Part shown: positions 1 through 12,119 of the stretch, in pieces
Numbering within the stretch: the stretch's first letter is position 1
How the letters are laid out: each line of letters starts with the position of its first letter
NCBI GenBank assembly: GCA_951406725.2
Contig: OX597824.1
Location: forward strand, 59,830,001 to 59,894,000
Origin: Octopus vulgaris
Taxonomy: Eukaryota
DNA length: 64,000 bases
Direction: 5' to 3'
Translations under genes and position numbers: made by a program
Notes under the pieces: generated by a model
Database searches by the model: none
Seen by the model: the letters and a program-made list of their open reading frames with translations, nothing else
Told to the model about the DNA's origin: nothing

Positions 1-278
1 AACTCAGCCAGGCGGAGAAGGGTGGGGGTGCTGGGGTCGGGTCGGGACGACGGTCGAGGAAGTCTTGGAGGGCTAGGAGACCGTCGTTGTGGGGAATTAT
101 CGTATACAGGGATTTTACGTCTAGGGTGAAGAGGAGGTGTGAGGGGCTGGAAGGGAAGCAAAAGGAATTGAAGAGACGGAGGGCGTGGTTGGTGTCGTGT
201 ATGTGGGATGGGAGGGCTGCGACTAAGGGGGACAGGATGCGATCGAGGTATAGGGAAATGTGTTCAGTGGGGCAATTA
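1..278 (-). mobile_element. Penelope-like element (PLE) reverse transcriptase fragment, running off the window edge
   Basis: Manual minus-strand translation (not in the ORF track) gives NCPTEHISLYLDRILSPLVAALPSHIHDTNHAL...LFTLDVKSLYTIIPHNDGLLAL..FL, then a frameshift to PTLLRLAE. This matches the PLE RT DVxSLYT motif region. Confidence 0.85.
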
Positions 279-332
279 CAGATACATATATATAGATAGA
301 TAGATATATATATACATATACATATATATATA

Positions 333-538
333 TAAAGTTAATCCAAACAAGAAAACAAAAACAAAAAAACAACAACGCAAGGACGTGGAACAAATAAAGT
401 ATTATTGGACGCTCTGGAAAGAAGGGAAGAAGGAGGGTTTGACGTTACGAGCGAAGCTCTTCGTCGGAAACATAGGAGAAGGAAAGATCCCGAGAAGGGA
501 AGACAGGGGAAAAATCGCTAGTGATACAGACGAGGTCT
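333..538 (-). mobile_element. PLE terminal (pseudo-LTR) fragment with a degenerate hammerhead motif
   Basis: Minus strand 441-467 reads CCGACGA-A-GAGC-TTC-GCTC-GTAAC-GTC (GAAAC mutated). Flanked by (TA)n and adjacent to the PLE RT fragment. Confidence 0.6.
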
Positions 539-539
539 G

Positions 540-761
540 TATGTACATATATATATACATACATATATACATATATACATATATATATACATACATACAT
601 ATATATATATACATATATATATACATATATATATATACATATATATATGCATATATATATATGCATATACATATATATATATATACATATATATATATGC
701 ATATATATATACATGCATATATATATATATAAACATATATATTTATATATATATATAAACA

Positions 762-797
<36 letters not shown>

Positions 798-905
798 CAT
801 ATATATATACATATATATATATACATATATATATATACATATATATATAAACATACATATATTTATACATATATATATATACATATATATATTATATATA
901 AATAT
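540..905. repeat. (TA)n/(TACA)n compound microsatellite
   Basis: Visible directly; it generates the spurious YIYI ORFs. Confidence 0.95.
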
Positions 906-919
906 CATATATACGTTCC

Positions 920-3900
920 TATATTTCATTCTCACTGTATCTCGGGCGAAAATGTCGAGAAACTGGTCTGCGAGGGAGTTGCAATTGTTCGTGTGCGCCT
1001 GGAAGATTGCCGAGGGCGACTCGCCGAACAATATCATTGTAGCGGCACTGAAGAGCAATGATTTTTCAAGGACCACTGACCAGATACAGGGAAGGAAACG
1101 AGAATTTCTCCGTTCATACGCTCTAATCAGGCAATACATGGACACTCTGGACATCATCCTAGGAGGTAACTGCACCAGGGAAGGCCAAAAGGATGAAGAA
1201 AACATCCAGGACCCAACAAAAGACAAAACCGAGAAAATTGCAACTAAGGGAAACAATGGCACATGTCCAGCTCCCAACACAACTGAAGACCAAAGAGGTG
1301 CGATGGCCGCAAAAAAAGAAAAGCACCCTAAAATTGATGGGTAACAGGAGGTAAAAGACAAGAAAATTAAAGCTAAAACAAACACTGTTCAGAAAAAACA
1401 AAAGAACCCCAGCAAGAACTATAAGGGCAAAGGCAGAAACATCTGCAAATTCTACCTGAAGGGGGACTGCTGGTACGGCGTCGAAGGTGCGAACTGTCGC
1501 TTTGCACATCAGAAGCCCTACCAAAACAACACGGACACGAGACAAAAATTCCTACTTGGGGAGAACAAAAAGATAAAGATAAAGACAAATATAAATGAAG
1601 GAAAAATAGCGCCTGACCACTCCTGAAAGACGATATGCGGATGTGGTGCGCGGTAACCCAACAAATGGCCAGCTTCACCCAGATGTGAGAAGGGCAGCAG
1701 CTGAACAGCAATCTTTTTTGTGCGTGGCACAAAAAATTGTTCAGCAGCTGACCTGGCTACAAGCACAAAGCTGGAACTACCACCACATAAGGCCACCACC
1801 AACAGATGCAGGATGGCCACCACAGACACCAACACAACACACCACAAAAATATTTCTACTGAACGTAGGAGGGCTGCTGCGCGGCAACTGTAAAAGGAAA
1901 ATCTCATTCCTGAGAGACCTTGTGACATGCAATCAAGCTATATTCATGGCACTCACAGAAACGCATCTTGGACCCGATATAGGGGATGCAGAAATACACA
2001 TACCGCAATATGCAGTCATACGCTCAGATAGAAAAGGGAGGAGCCATGGTGGAGTTGCAATGTACATCCGAGATTACCTCACGCCCCAGGTCCTGTTGTC
2101 ATATTCAAACTCAGTGTGTGACACTTAAATTGTACACATAAGACAACTGAATATCGTCATATGCTCTACATATCGCCCACCTGATGCCCCAAATCACTCA
2201 GGCATGTTTGAAGACTGACCTAACAAAAATAGAAGTCCTCACCAACCTTGAACAACACAACAGTGTATTCTTCATAGGTGACTTTAACTTCCCCAATGTG
2301 GAATGGCCTGGGGGCAGATGTTCTCAGGGATGACACACCATCAGCATGCACAGGCAGAGTCCCTGCTCCATCTCACAAATGCCTCTTTCATGGAGCAAAT
2401 AGTTCTGCAACCAACAAAGGCAGATAATATACTGGATCTCTGCTTCACAAACAATATGGATATTATCCATAATGTTAAAGTCATGCCGACAATGATCTCG
2501 GATCACAACATAATAGAGCTGTCTATGTATGGACCAAAAGCCCCCGTAGACACACAGCCTATACGAAGCATCCACCATCTCTCCAACTTAAACTTTCATA
2601 AAGCAAACTGGAAGTTGATTGAGAAAGAGATCCTCAAACAGGATTGGCCTAAATGTCTCTCCACACCGGACATTAACATGAAACACAAACACTTCATGTC
2701 CATAATACAAGCCATATGTGACAAATATGTCCCAGTGTGCAGGGCCAGCACACACAAAAACAAAAACAGGATCCCTAGAGAAAGGAAGATTCTTATGAGA
2801 CGACGGACAAGGATTGCGAACCGCTTGAGCAAGCACACCAAAAGTGGTGAGAAGTCTCACTCGAGAGAATGCTAATGGAAATTGAGAAAAGTCTGCATCA
2901 GTCCCATGAAAAGGAGGGAGCAGATAAAGAAGCTTGGGTAATAGAAAATATAAAATCAAACTCTAAAGCTTTCTTTAAGTTTGCCAAAGAGACAGCCACA
3001 GTGCACCAGAGAATAGGACCTCTCTTCCTAAAAGATGGCTCTCTCAGAGGAAATCCCACGAGGATAAGTGAAATACTGAACGTACAATTCCAAAGTGTGT
3101 TCACTACACCTCTAGGACACAGGCAAGTAAACAACCCAGAAGAATTCTTTGCCACTTTACCTGCGGCCAAAGAGGCAAAAATTGAGTGCATCAACATTGA
3201 AGATGATATCACACTAGCCATAGATGAGATTGACACAAACTCAGCTGCTGGACCTGATGGATTTCCAGCGATCCTTCTCAAATCGTGCAAACAAGCCCTT
3301 GCAAAACAACTACAGCTTCTTTTTCAGAGCTTTCTTGCAAGTGGTAAGCTCCCAGTCAAATTGAAAGAGGGGGTAATATGCCCTATCCATAAGGGAGGTA
3401 GCAGAGCAGATGCTAAACATTATAGGCCTATCTCTCTGACCTCACATCAGCAAAGTCATGGAACGAATAGTCCGCAAGAAACTAATATTCCTTGAAGAAA
3501 ATGACTTGCTGTCTGACACCCAGCATGGATTTCGACCAGGTAGAAGGTGCCTAACACAGCTCCTGCAACACTATGCCTGGGTGTTAAAACAGCTACTAGA
3601 TGGCTCAAATGTGGATGTAATATATCTCGACTTTGCAAAAGCCTTTGATAAAGTCGACCATGGTATGATCTGTCACAAACTGCGTGGTCTCGGCATAGGC
3701 GGAAAACTTGGAGAGTGGCTGCACAACTTCCTAAAAGACAGAAGACAGGCAGTTGTGAGCAATGGAGCCACCTCCAAGGAAACACAAATAACAAGCGATG
3801 TTCCACAGGGCACTGTCTTGGGGCCACCGCTGTCCATTGTGGCCCTTTCAGACATGCCTTCAGTTGCTACGATGGCCACCCTTGCTAGCTATGCAGATGA

Positions 3901-4880
3901 CACAAAAGTCTCCCACACAATACAAAACCCTGAAAATATTGCGCATCTGCAACAGGAGTTGGATACAATATACAGGTGGGCTGAGGACAACAACATGCAG
4001 TTTAATGCAGGTAAGTTCCAGGCTCTGCGCTACCGGCACACAAAGGTAAACGACGTGCAGACTGGATACACTGGCCCAGGAAGAATTGCAATCCCTGAGT
4101 CAAAATCAGTGCGTGACCTGGGCATTGACATGAGCAATGATGCATCTTTCCAAGTGCATATTACTAATCTGGTGATAAAATGCAGACGGCTAGCTGGATG
4201 GATTCTCCGAACTTTCAGAACAAGAGAGAAGGAGACACTGATGGTCCTATGGAAAACATTCGTTCTCAGCCGCTTGGACTACTGCTCCCAACTGTGGTCA
4301 CCACACAATATAAAACTAACAGCAGAACTCGAAGCAATTCAAAGAAGCTACACAAAGAAGATCGTCTCAATGCAAAATTATCAGCTACTGGGAAAGACTG
4401 AAAGTATTAAACCTCTTCTCCCTAGAGCGGAAGCGAGAGAGATATGCGGTGATATACATCTGGGAAATCCTGGACGGTCTTGTCCCAAACTTTGGCATTA
4501 AAATTTACTCCAACCGCAGAATGGGGCGCCACTGCATGGTGCCAAGGATTCCAACATCACCATCAAAATACAGGTCCAGATACTGCAACAGCTTGGGTTT
4601 CAGAGGACCACAGCTCTTTAACATCCTCCCTAAATGCCTGAGAGACTTACATGGTGTGGATGTGGGTTTCTTTAAAACTAAACTGGATCTCTTCTTGTCG
4701 GGGGTCCCAGATGAACCTACCTCACGACACGAGACACAGTAGCGGGCAGCAGCATCTAACTCCCTTGTTGATCAAGTGCCACGTACCAGAGGTAGATTCA
4801 CATATTAGTTGCTCATTCAGCGGTGGTGCTCCAGCATTGCCGCGGCCTTCGGGCTAAAACATTTCTAAGGATTTAAAGAT
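920..4880 (+). mobile_element. Near full-length, disrupted CR1-group LINE (ORF1 with CCCH finger, APE endonuclease, RT)
   Basis: ORF1 starts at 952, with a CCCH finger ICKFYLKGDCWYGVEGANCRFAH at 1441-1509. APE motifs: LTETHL, RSDR..HGGVAMY, GDFNFP, LDLCFTN, SDHN. RT motifs: YRPISLTS, YLDFAKAFDKVDH, VPQGTVLGP, YADDTK, RDLG. C-terminus IWEILDGLVPN...LDLFLSGVPDEP. Several frameshifts and stops; (TA)n on both sides. Confidence 0.9.
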
Positions 4881-4907
4881 TTATATATACATATGTGTAT
4901 ATATATA

Positions 4908-5094
4908 TATTAAATTAGATATAAAACCACTATTAGGCAAATCAAACTGAAAAACATAAACCAAAACATGGAAATAAAATTAATTAATATAATATACAAA
5001 ATATATATAAAATATAAAATTCAAAATTTAAATTATTTAAATTTAAAGTTAAAATAATTTTTTTTAAATTATTAATTCATATTTATAAATTTTC

Positions 5095-5161
<67 letters not shown>

Positions 5162-5562
5162 TATATTTTTTTATTTTTATTTTCATTTTATTTTTATTTT
5201 TATCTTTTTATTTTTTTAAATTTATATATTTATTTATTTATTTATTTTAAATATATATAACTATCAAAAAGTATTAAAAAGTTTAATATAAGATAAAAAG
5301 TAAAACCACTACGATCGTTTCATGCCCATAACCTAATTCGAATAACAATAATTTAAATTCAATTAATAATTCGAATTATGGCTATAGTCAATCTTCAGGT
5401 TAATGATAATATTTAAATAAATAATCAAATAAATTTAAATATATATATTTGATTTGCCTAATAGTAGTTTTTATCTCTAATTTAATATATATACTTATAT
5501 TGTAAAATCTAATTTTTCCCTGTAAATTTGGATTTACTCCCTAATATTATTATTAGTATTAT

Positions 5563-5565
<3 letters not shown>
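4908..5565 (-). mobile_element. AT-rich non-autonomous PLE-type element with inverted tail and hammerhead motif
   Basis: 4911-4946 is an inverted copy of about 5447-5485; hammerhead motif at 5305-5402; (TA)n flanks. Confidence 0.6.
5305..5402 (-). ncRNA. Type I hammerhead ribozyme motif with long stem II
   Basis: CTGAAGA, then a long stem II (TGACTATAGCCATAATTCGAAT paired with ATTCGAATTAGGTTATGGGCA), then GAAA and palindromic ACGATCGT, with a GUA cleavage triplet. Stem I is weak. Confidence 0.65.
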
Positions 5566-5593
<28 letters not shown>

Positions 5594-5605
5594 GTATTTA
5601 TACAC

Positions 5606-5643
<38 letters not shown>

Positions 5644-5711
5644 TTATTTATACATAAATATATATACATATATATATATACATATGTATATATGCATATA
5701 TATATAGAGAG

Positions 5712-5746
<35 letters not shown>

Positions 5747-5783
5747 CGTATGTATCTATATATATACATATGTATATATATAC

Positions 5784-5872
<89 letters not shown>

Positions 5873-5874
5873 TA

Positions 5875-6460
5875 GTTTAATGCAGGTAAGTTCCAGGCCC
5901 TGCGCTACTGGCACACAAAGGTAAACGACGTGCAGAAGATCGTCTCAATGCAAAATATCAGCTACTGGGAAAGACTGAAGGTATTAAACCTCTTCTCCCC
6001 AGAGCGGAGGCGAGAGAGATATGCGGTGATATACATCTGGGAAATCCTGGAGGGTCTTGTCCCAAACTTTGGCATTCAAAGTTACTCCAACCGCAGAACG
6101 GGGCGCCACTGCATGGTGCCAAGGATTCCAACATCACCATCAAAATACAGGTCCAGATACTGCAACAGCTTGGGTTTCAAAGGACCACAGCTCTTTAACA
6201 TCCTCCCTAAATGCCTGAGAAACTTACATGGTGTGGATGTGGGTTTCTTTAAAACTAAACTGGATCTCTTCTTGTCGGGGGTCCCAGATGAACCGACCTC
6301 TCGACAGGAGACGCAGATGTGGGCTGCAGCATCGAACTCCCTTGTTGATCAAGTGCCACGTATCAGAGGTGGATTCACAAATTAGTGTAACTCATTCAGC
6401 GGTGGTGCCCCAGCATGGCCGCGGCCTTCGGGCTAAAACATTTTTAAGAATTTAAGGATT
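5875..6460 (+). mobile_element. 5'-truncated second copy of the same CR1-group LINE, with an internal deletion
   Basis: Near-identical to 4000-4060 joined directly to about 4358-4880; same ATTTAAGG-like tail; inserted in (TA)n/(GA)n. Confidence 0.92.
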
Positions 6461-6564
6461 TATATATATATATATATGTATATATATGTATATATATATA
6501 TGTATATATGTATATATATGTATAAGTATATGTATATAAGTATATATATATGTGTGTATGTATA

Positions 6565-6629
<65 letters not shown>

Positions 6630-6757
6630 GTATATATATGTGTGTGTGTATTATATAATATATTATTATTAATATTAGGAAATCAATATTTGAAATTTCT
6701 TCAGAGATATATATACGTGTGTAAAATAATTGTTGTATTAAAAATATAATATATATG

Positions 6758-6819
<62 letters not shown>

Positions 6820-6969
6820 TGTGTGTGTGTGTGTGTGTGTAAGTCTTCTGTAGTAATCCATAATAATTATGTATAAAATCCATTATATTGTCCTGTATTC
6901 CAAATATAGTCCATAGACTTAAATAGTATAAAATAAAATTATGTGAAATTTTGTGTGAAATTATAAAAT

Positions 6970-8632
6970 TTATTTATTTTTTCCCATACGAGCTCACAAA
7001 GAGGGGGAGATACATAACATTGGGGACATAGAACAAATTAACAAAAAAAAATATCAGAAAAATAAAATTAAAACGTTTGATATGATGGAAAATGATGATG
7101 AGAAATGGAGGTAATGTTGCTTTCCCCATCAAGTAACATCACTTACTTGCCTTTTTTCCTGTTTTCCATTATATCTAGTCCATATCGCTTTTTGAGTTCC
7201 TCATAGTTTAACGTTTTCGGTAACTTATCCGGGTTATAGTTCACCTTCCATACCTCATAGCCGCCATTAAATCTTTTAATTTCGTTCAAATGTTTTTCTA
7301 TTATCAAAGCACATGTATGTTCACCATTCTCTTTGTCATTTATGTTAACATAGACTAAATTTTCCCATCCTACTACTGTCTCTAGTAGTTCATCTTCTGC
7401 CTCCTCGTAAAGAATACATGCATAACAATCAGTGGGAGGGGAAGTTTGTAAATGATTGTGTGTATTGTCACTTCTTTTTGTTTTCGTGTTGGAGGGGAGT
7501 GAGTAGGTTTAGTGTCTGCAGGGAGAGGGTGGAACGAAGAGGGTGTGGATAGGCATTGGGTGGGTTGGGGTTCCGCATGCCAGAGGCTTAATTTCATCTT
7601 TCTTTTCCTTCTTTTCTCGCTAGTTTCCCACTCTTTTTTTCTGTTGCGTTTTCCGCCTCTACCTGTATTATCTCATCATTCTTTGGTCTTTCCTGTTGTT
7701 TCTCTTGTGGAAACTCCAGAGGTCGCTGTTCTTCCGTTTCTTTGATCGGTGGAGGGCAATTCGCTCTTATGTGGCCCTTCAGGCCACATTTAAAACAGCG
7801 AGGGATTCTGCCCTCCACCCACACTCTCGGACTTATGTCACCTATCGTTACCGTTTCTGCCAAACTCTCCAGCGCTTCCGCCTCAGCTTGAATGATCATA
7901 TTCAACAATTTACCCTTCCACGTCCTGTCTTCAGTTGCCGTGGCTTGAAGACACCTTTTCCTCACTTCCAAGGAGGACAGCCGCCGTGACCCAAGCCACT
8001 TCCATATCAGGCGGAATTCCTTCTACCCTGATCCTGGATGTCCTCCTTCCAAGATATATGGGTTAAAGGACCACTTTATCAGTCTTCACCGTCTTTACAG
8101 CCATCCTCTTTGCTATCTCCTCCGACTTGAATTGAGCCACCATCGTTCCGTATTTATTGCCTCTTGTAAGAAATATCACATCTTTTGTTACCGTGATTAA
8201 CGTCTTCTCAATAGTTTCGGCTTCCATCAGATCTACCTTATTTTTCTTCACCGCAAACACTTTATATACAATTGTTTTCTTTTCCATATTTTCCATTATT
8301 TTCTGCGGAGGCGACAACTTTACATCACCACTCACTTCCTTTACCATTTTCTGGTAATGTATCATTTTTAATAAGTCCACTTCACTGCTTTTCAACTCTG
8401 TCACTTTCGCAAAACTCTTTCTTTCCTCCAGTACTTTATCCATTTTGTAGACAGCCCTTGCTAGTTAATCCTCTGAGGTTGACAAATCTGACCCGCTAAG
8501 GTCGGAATAGAACGTATTTTGGGGCATTTAGCCTAGCTAATTCTCCTTAACGCGGAGAAAAGCACCACCATCAAAACCGCTGCAAAGCAGCACAAAATGT
8601 TCAAACACTCAACAAATTACCAATACAGGTTA
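6970..8632 (-). mobile_element. L1/Tx1-type ORF1-only (gag-like, zinc knuckle) retroelement, frameshifted
   Basis: ORF pieces 8063-8443 and 7594-7971, the latter with a CCHC knuckle PRCFKCGLKGHIRANC. A-rich end with AATAAA on minus at about 6970-6982. No RT. Similar flanking 22-24-mers at 6927-6948 and 8633-8656. Confidence 0.65.
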
Positions 8633-8763
8633 TATAAAATAAAATTATATGTGAAACTAGCTTAAGGTGATCCGCTCTACACGCCCCATTTCCAGCCCCA
8701 TTTAGACCCCTTTTTACATAAAAATCCAATTTGTATCAACGTTCGCCTTCTTCATTTTATAGA

Positions 8764-9071
8764 TTAGACAGATATACCCGGCCTTGCTCGGGATTAAAAT
8801 AGTTTATTATTGTTTTACTTGTTTCGGTATTATAAACCGATTTCATTCGGGTCTACGGAGGCCACATTTTAAAAGATGAGGAATTTTGCTCTAGAGGCGA
8901 TGCCTTTCAATTGAGCAAACTCAAAGTTGCCTTGCAAACTTGCTAGCACTTTTAACATAGGTGTGCATATTTTAAGCTCAATCCGACAACATATGCACAC
9001 ATTATATCTATATATATACGCATTTGATATGTACATATATACGCATTATATATACATGTCTACACACACAC

Positions 9072-9118
<47 letters not shown>

Positions 9119-9611
9119 TAACACAATATATCTGATTAATAATATCTGTTATGATTGTGCGGTGGAGGTGGGCGATAATAATTCACCGTTCTAAAAAACC
9201 TGTGGCGGGAATATTTAAACTTTTGCGGCTATCAACGCTTTCTCTCTATAGATACAGGCAGACGTACAGTGAGAGAGGCGGTGCGAGAAAGAGTAACAGA
9301 GAGACGAAGTTATCAAACGCTGTTAAAGAGAGAAATGGGAGGGAAGGAAGGAAAGAGAGAGATCGAGGAAGACGGTGATATCCGAAAGCGAGAAACGACA
9401 AACACTTGTCAAAGTCTGGGTTTTGTTGCCCTAGTAACCACAGCTTTTGAGATAGGGGTTTCTAACATAGTCCAGTCGCTTCCTCGCCTCTTTTTACATG
9501 TCCCTGTAAATTTTGAAGACCCCACCTACCCCAATAAGACCCCACCTACCGGCCCTTAAACCGTTACCATCCCAAAATGAGACAAACACATTTCAGCTTT
9601 ATAGATATTGA
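8764..9611 (-). mobile_element. Non-autonomous Helitron
   Basis: Minus strand reads A|TCAATATCTATAAAGCTG at the 5' end and ends with the CCCGAGCAAGGCCGGG hairpin followed by CTAA|T. Inserted at A/T with no TSD. Confidence 0.75.
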
Positions 9612-10237
9612 TTATAAATTGGTCAAAATATTACTTTTATATTTTTATTAGTATAACTGGAAGATGCCAATTAAAATGTTTAGATTTCTAAATTGAATTC
9701 AATTATAACTGTCCATTTGTTATAGATTAGACGTACATGGGTTCTAATTCCAAGAATATCTATTCAACATTTATTTAATGTATAATTTATGCCATGTAAG
9801 TATGCGTATAGTCTAATAATTCTAATTAATTTATTTATCAATCAATTTATAAGTCTCACCTTATATTTTGATATCCTTTTTTTTGTTGCTGCCTTCACTT
9901 CAGGTTAGAAGCTTCTAAGCTGAAGTGGAAGCGGCATGTTCTTTGTCTGTCTCCTTACATTCTTGGAGGTTTTAGTTAAAATTATACTAATGAGTCCATC
10001 TGTTTTAATTTAATTAAATTCTGTCTTTATACAGCTGAGGATTGCTCTTCATTTAAATTGATGTAATGGTTGCATTGTTCAATTAAATGGAGTTGCTTGA
10101 AACGATCGTACTGCATTACTTCTGGTTATCCTTGTTGCCTATTTTGATTTTAATTACCTTATTTTGAACTTGTATGGATAATACCGTACTTAATTCTGGT
10201 GGCTCAACTTAAGTATCATGTTCATCTGAATCTCTTA

Positions 10238-10315
<78 letters not shown>

Positions 10316-10322
<7 letters not shown>

Positions 10323-10700
10323 GAAGCACTCCGTCGGTTACGACGATGAGGGTTCCGGTTGATCCGATCAACGGAACAGCTTGCTCGTGAAATTAACGTG
10401 TAAGTGGCTGAGCACTCCACAGACACGTGTACCCTTAACGTAGTTCTCGTGGATATTCAGCGTGACACAGAGAGTGACAAGGCCGGCCCTTTGAAATACA
10501 GGTACAACAGAAACAGGAAGAAGGAGTGAGAGAAAGTTGTGGTGAAAGAGTACAGCAGGGATCACCACCAACCCTGCCGGAGCCTCATGGAGCTTTAGGT
10601 GTTTTCGCTCAATAAACACTCACAACGCCCGGTCTGGGAATCGAAACCGCGATCCTACGACCGCGAGTCCGCTGCCCTAACCACTGGACCATTGCGCCTC

Positions 10701-10703
<3 letters not shown>
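10316..10703 (-). mobile_element. tRNA-derived SINE
   Basis: Head GGAGGCGCAATGGTCCAGTGGTTAGGGCAGCGG...GGTTTCGATTCCC with A and B boxes; no tRNA acceptor closure; sits in (TA)n. Confidence 0.85.
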
Positions 10704-10741
<38 letters not shown>

Positions 10742-10827
10742 TATATATATATGTATGTATATGCATATATATATGTATATACACGTATATACATATACAT
10801 ATATGTATATGCATGTATTTATGTGTG

Positions 10828-10877
<50 letters not shown>

Positions 10878-10919
10878 CATATACATATATGTATATGCAT
10901 GTATTTATGTGTGTATGTG

Positions 10920-10955
<36 letters not shown>

Positions 10956-10963
10956 CATATATG

Positions 10964-11017
<54 letters not shown>

Positions 11018-11036
11018 TGTATATGTACATATACAT

Positions 11037-11186
11037 GAGTCGAACCAGGGGCAGCTGATGGAGGGGAATATTCCTTGTATTGTTTGTCTTGTACTCTGTT
11101 TTTTCGTTGTTAAAAAGTCCGTTTCCTTGTTTGTTTTTATGTTTACGTTTCTCGTTGTGTTCTACGTTTATTTGTGGTGTCCTGTA

Positions 11187-11228
<42 letters not shown>

Positions 11229-12071
11229 TACCGGACACCACAAATAAACGTAGAACACAACGAGAAACGAAAACATAAAAACAAACAAGGAAACGGACTT
11301 TGCATGTATATATACATATAGATGTAGGTATGTACATATATGTATGTATGTATGTATGCATATGTTTTATTTGTTAAATTGTTATTATATGACTGAGCGC
11401 CTCGCGTCGTTTCTTATCCTCCAAGTAAGTTTTTATTAATAATTATGACGCGCACTCTTTAACCCATTACTTGACCTTTCCTTCCTGCCTGTCTGTCTTC
11501 CTCTCTACCTGTCTCTCTCCTTCTTATTTTCATCCTTTCTGGTTTCTTTTCCTCTCTCTCTCTCTCTCTCTCTCACTCCTCCTCTCTCTGGCCGCTGACC
11601 GGACTACTAAACTTTCTTTCGCTCGCAGATTTCAACAAGTCAACACCGAGTTCTTCTGTCTCTAGCAAGTCGATTTTCTGAATTGCGCTCCTACGAATTT
11701 TTCCACCGTCTAGGCTTAAAAAAGCCCTCAATGTTGGTTTCCTTGTCCTGTTTTTATTCTTTATGTGTACTGTATTTTTATTTGTATTGCTTTTACGTCC
11801 TGTTCTTGTCACTTTTTTTCTTTTTTTACCCCTCTGCAAAAGAATTTTATTTAATTCATTTTGCAGGAAGGACTGCTTCGGCCGGATCGTGTTCTGCCCT
11901 TACGTTCGAAACACGCATTGAGTCGAACCAGGGGCAGCTGATGAAAGGGAATATTCCTTGTATTATTTGTCTTGTACTCCGTTTTTCGTTGTTAAAAAAA
12001 AGTCCGTTCCCTTGTTTGTTTTTATGTTTTCGTTTCTCGTTGTGTTGTACGTTTATTTGTGGTGTCCTGTA

Positions 12072-12075
<4 letters not shown>
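11037..12075 (+). mobile_element. Non-autonomous PLE-type element: partial tandem terminal repeat plus inverted tail
   Basis: 11037-11190 is a direct repeat of 11919-12075; 11225-11300 is an inverted copy of the same 3' end; atypical hammerhead-like motif; all junctions lie in (TA)n. Confidence 0.7.

Positions 12076-12114
<39 letters not shown>

Positions 12115-12119
<5 letters not shown>

Noticed and set aside
385-870. Long [20 protein letters not shown] and poly-R ORFs here and throughout the window
   Set aside because: They are translations of stop-free microsatellites, not genes.
5875-5945. Spliced-out intron explaining the deletion in the second CR1 copy
   Set aside because: The deleted segment lacks GT-AG boundaries; the junction shows only short AG(A) microhomology.
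10620-10703. tRNA gene (also at 31483)
   Set aside because: tRNA-like SINE heads continuing into a SINE body and tail; no complete cloverleaf or terminator.
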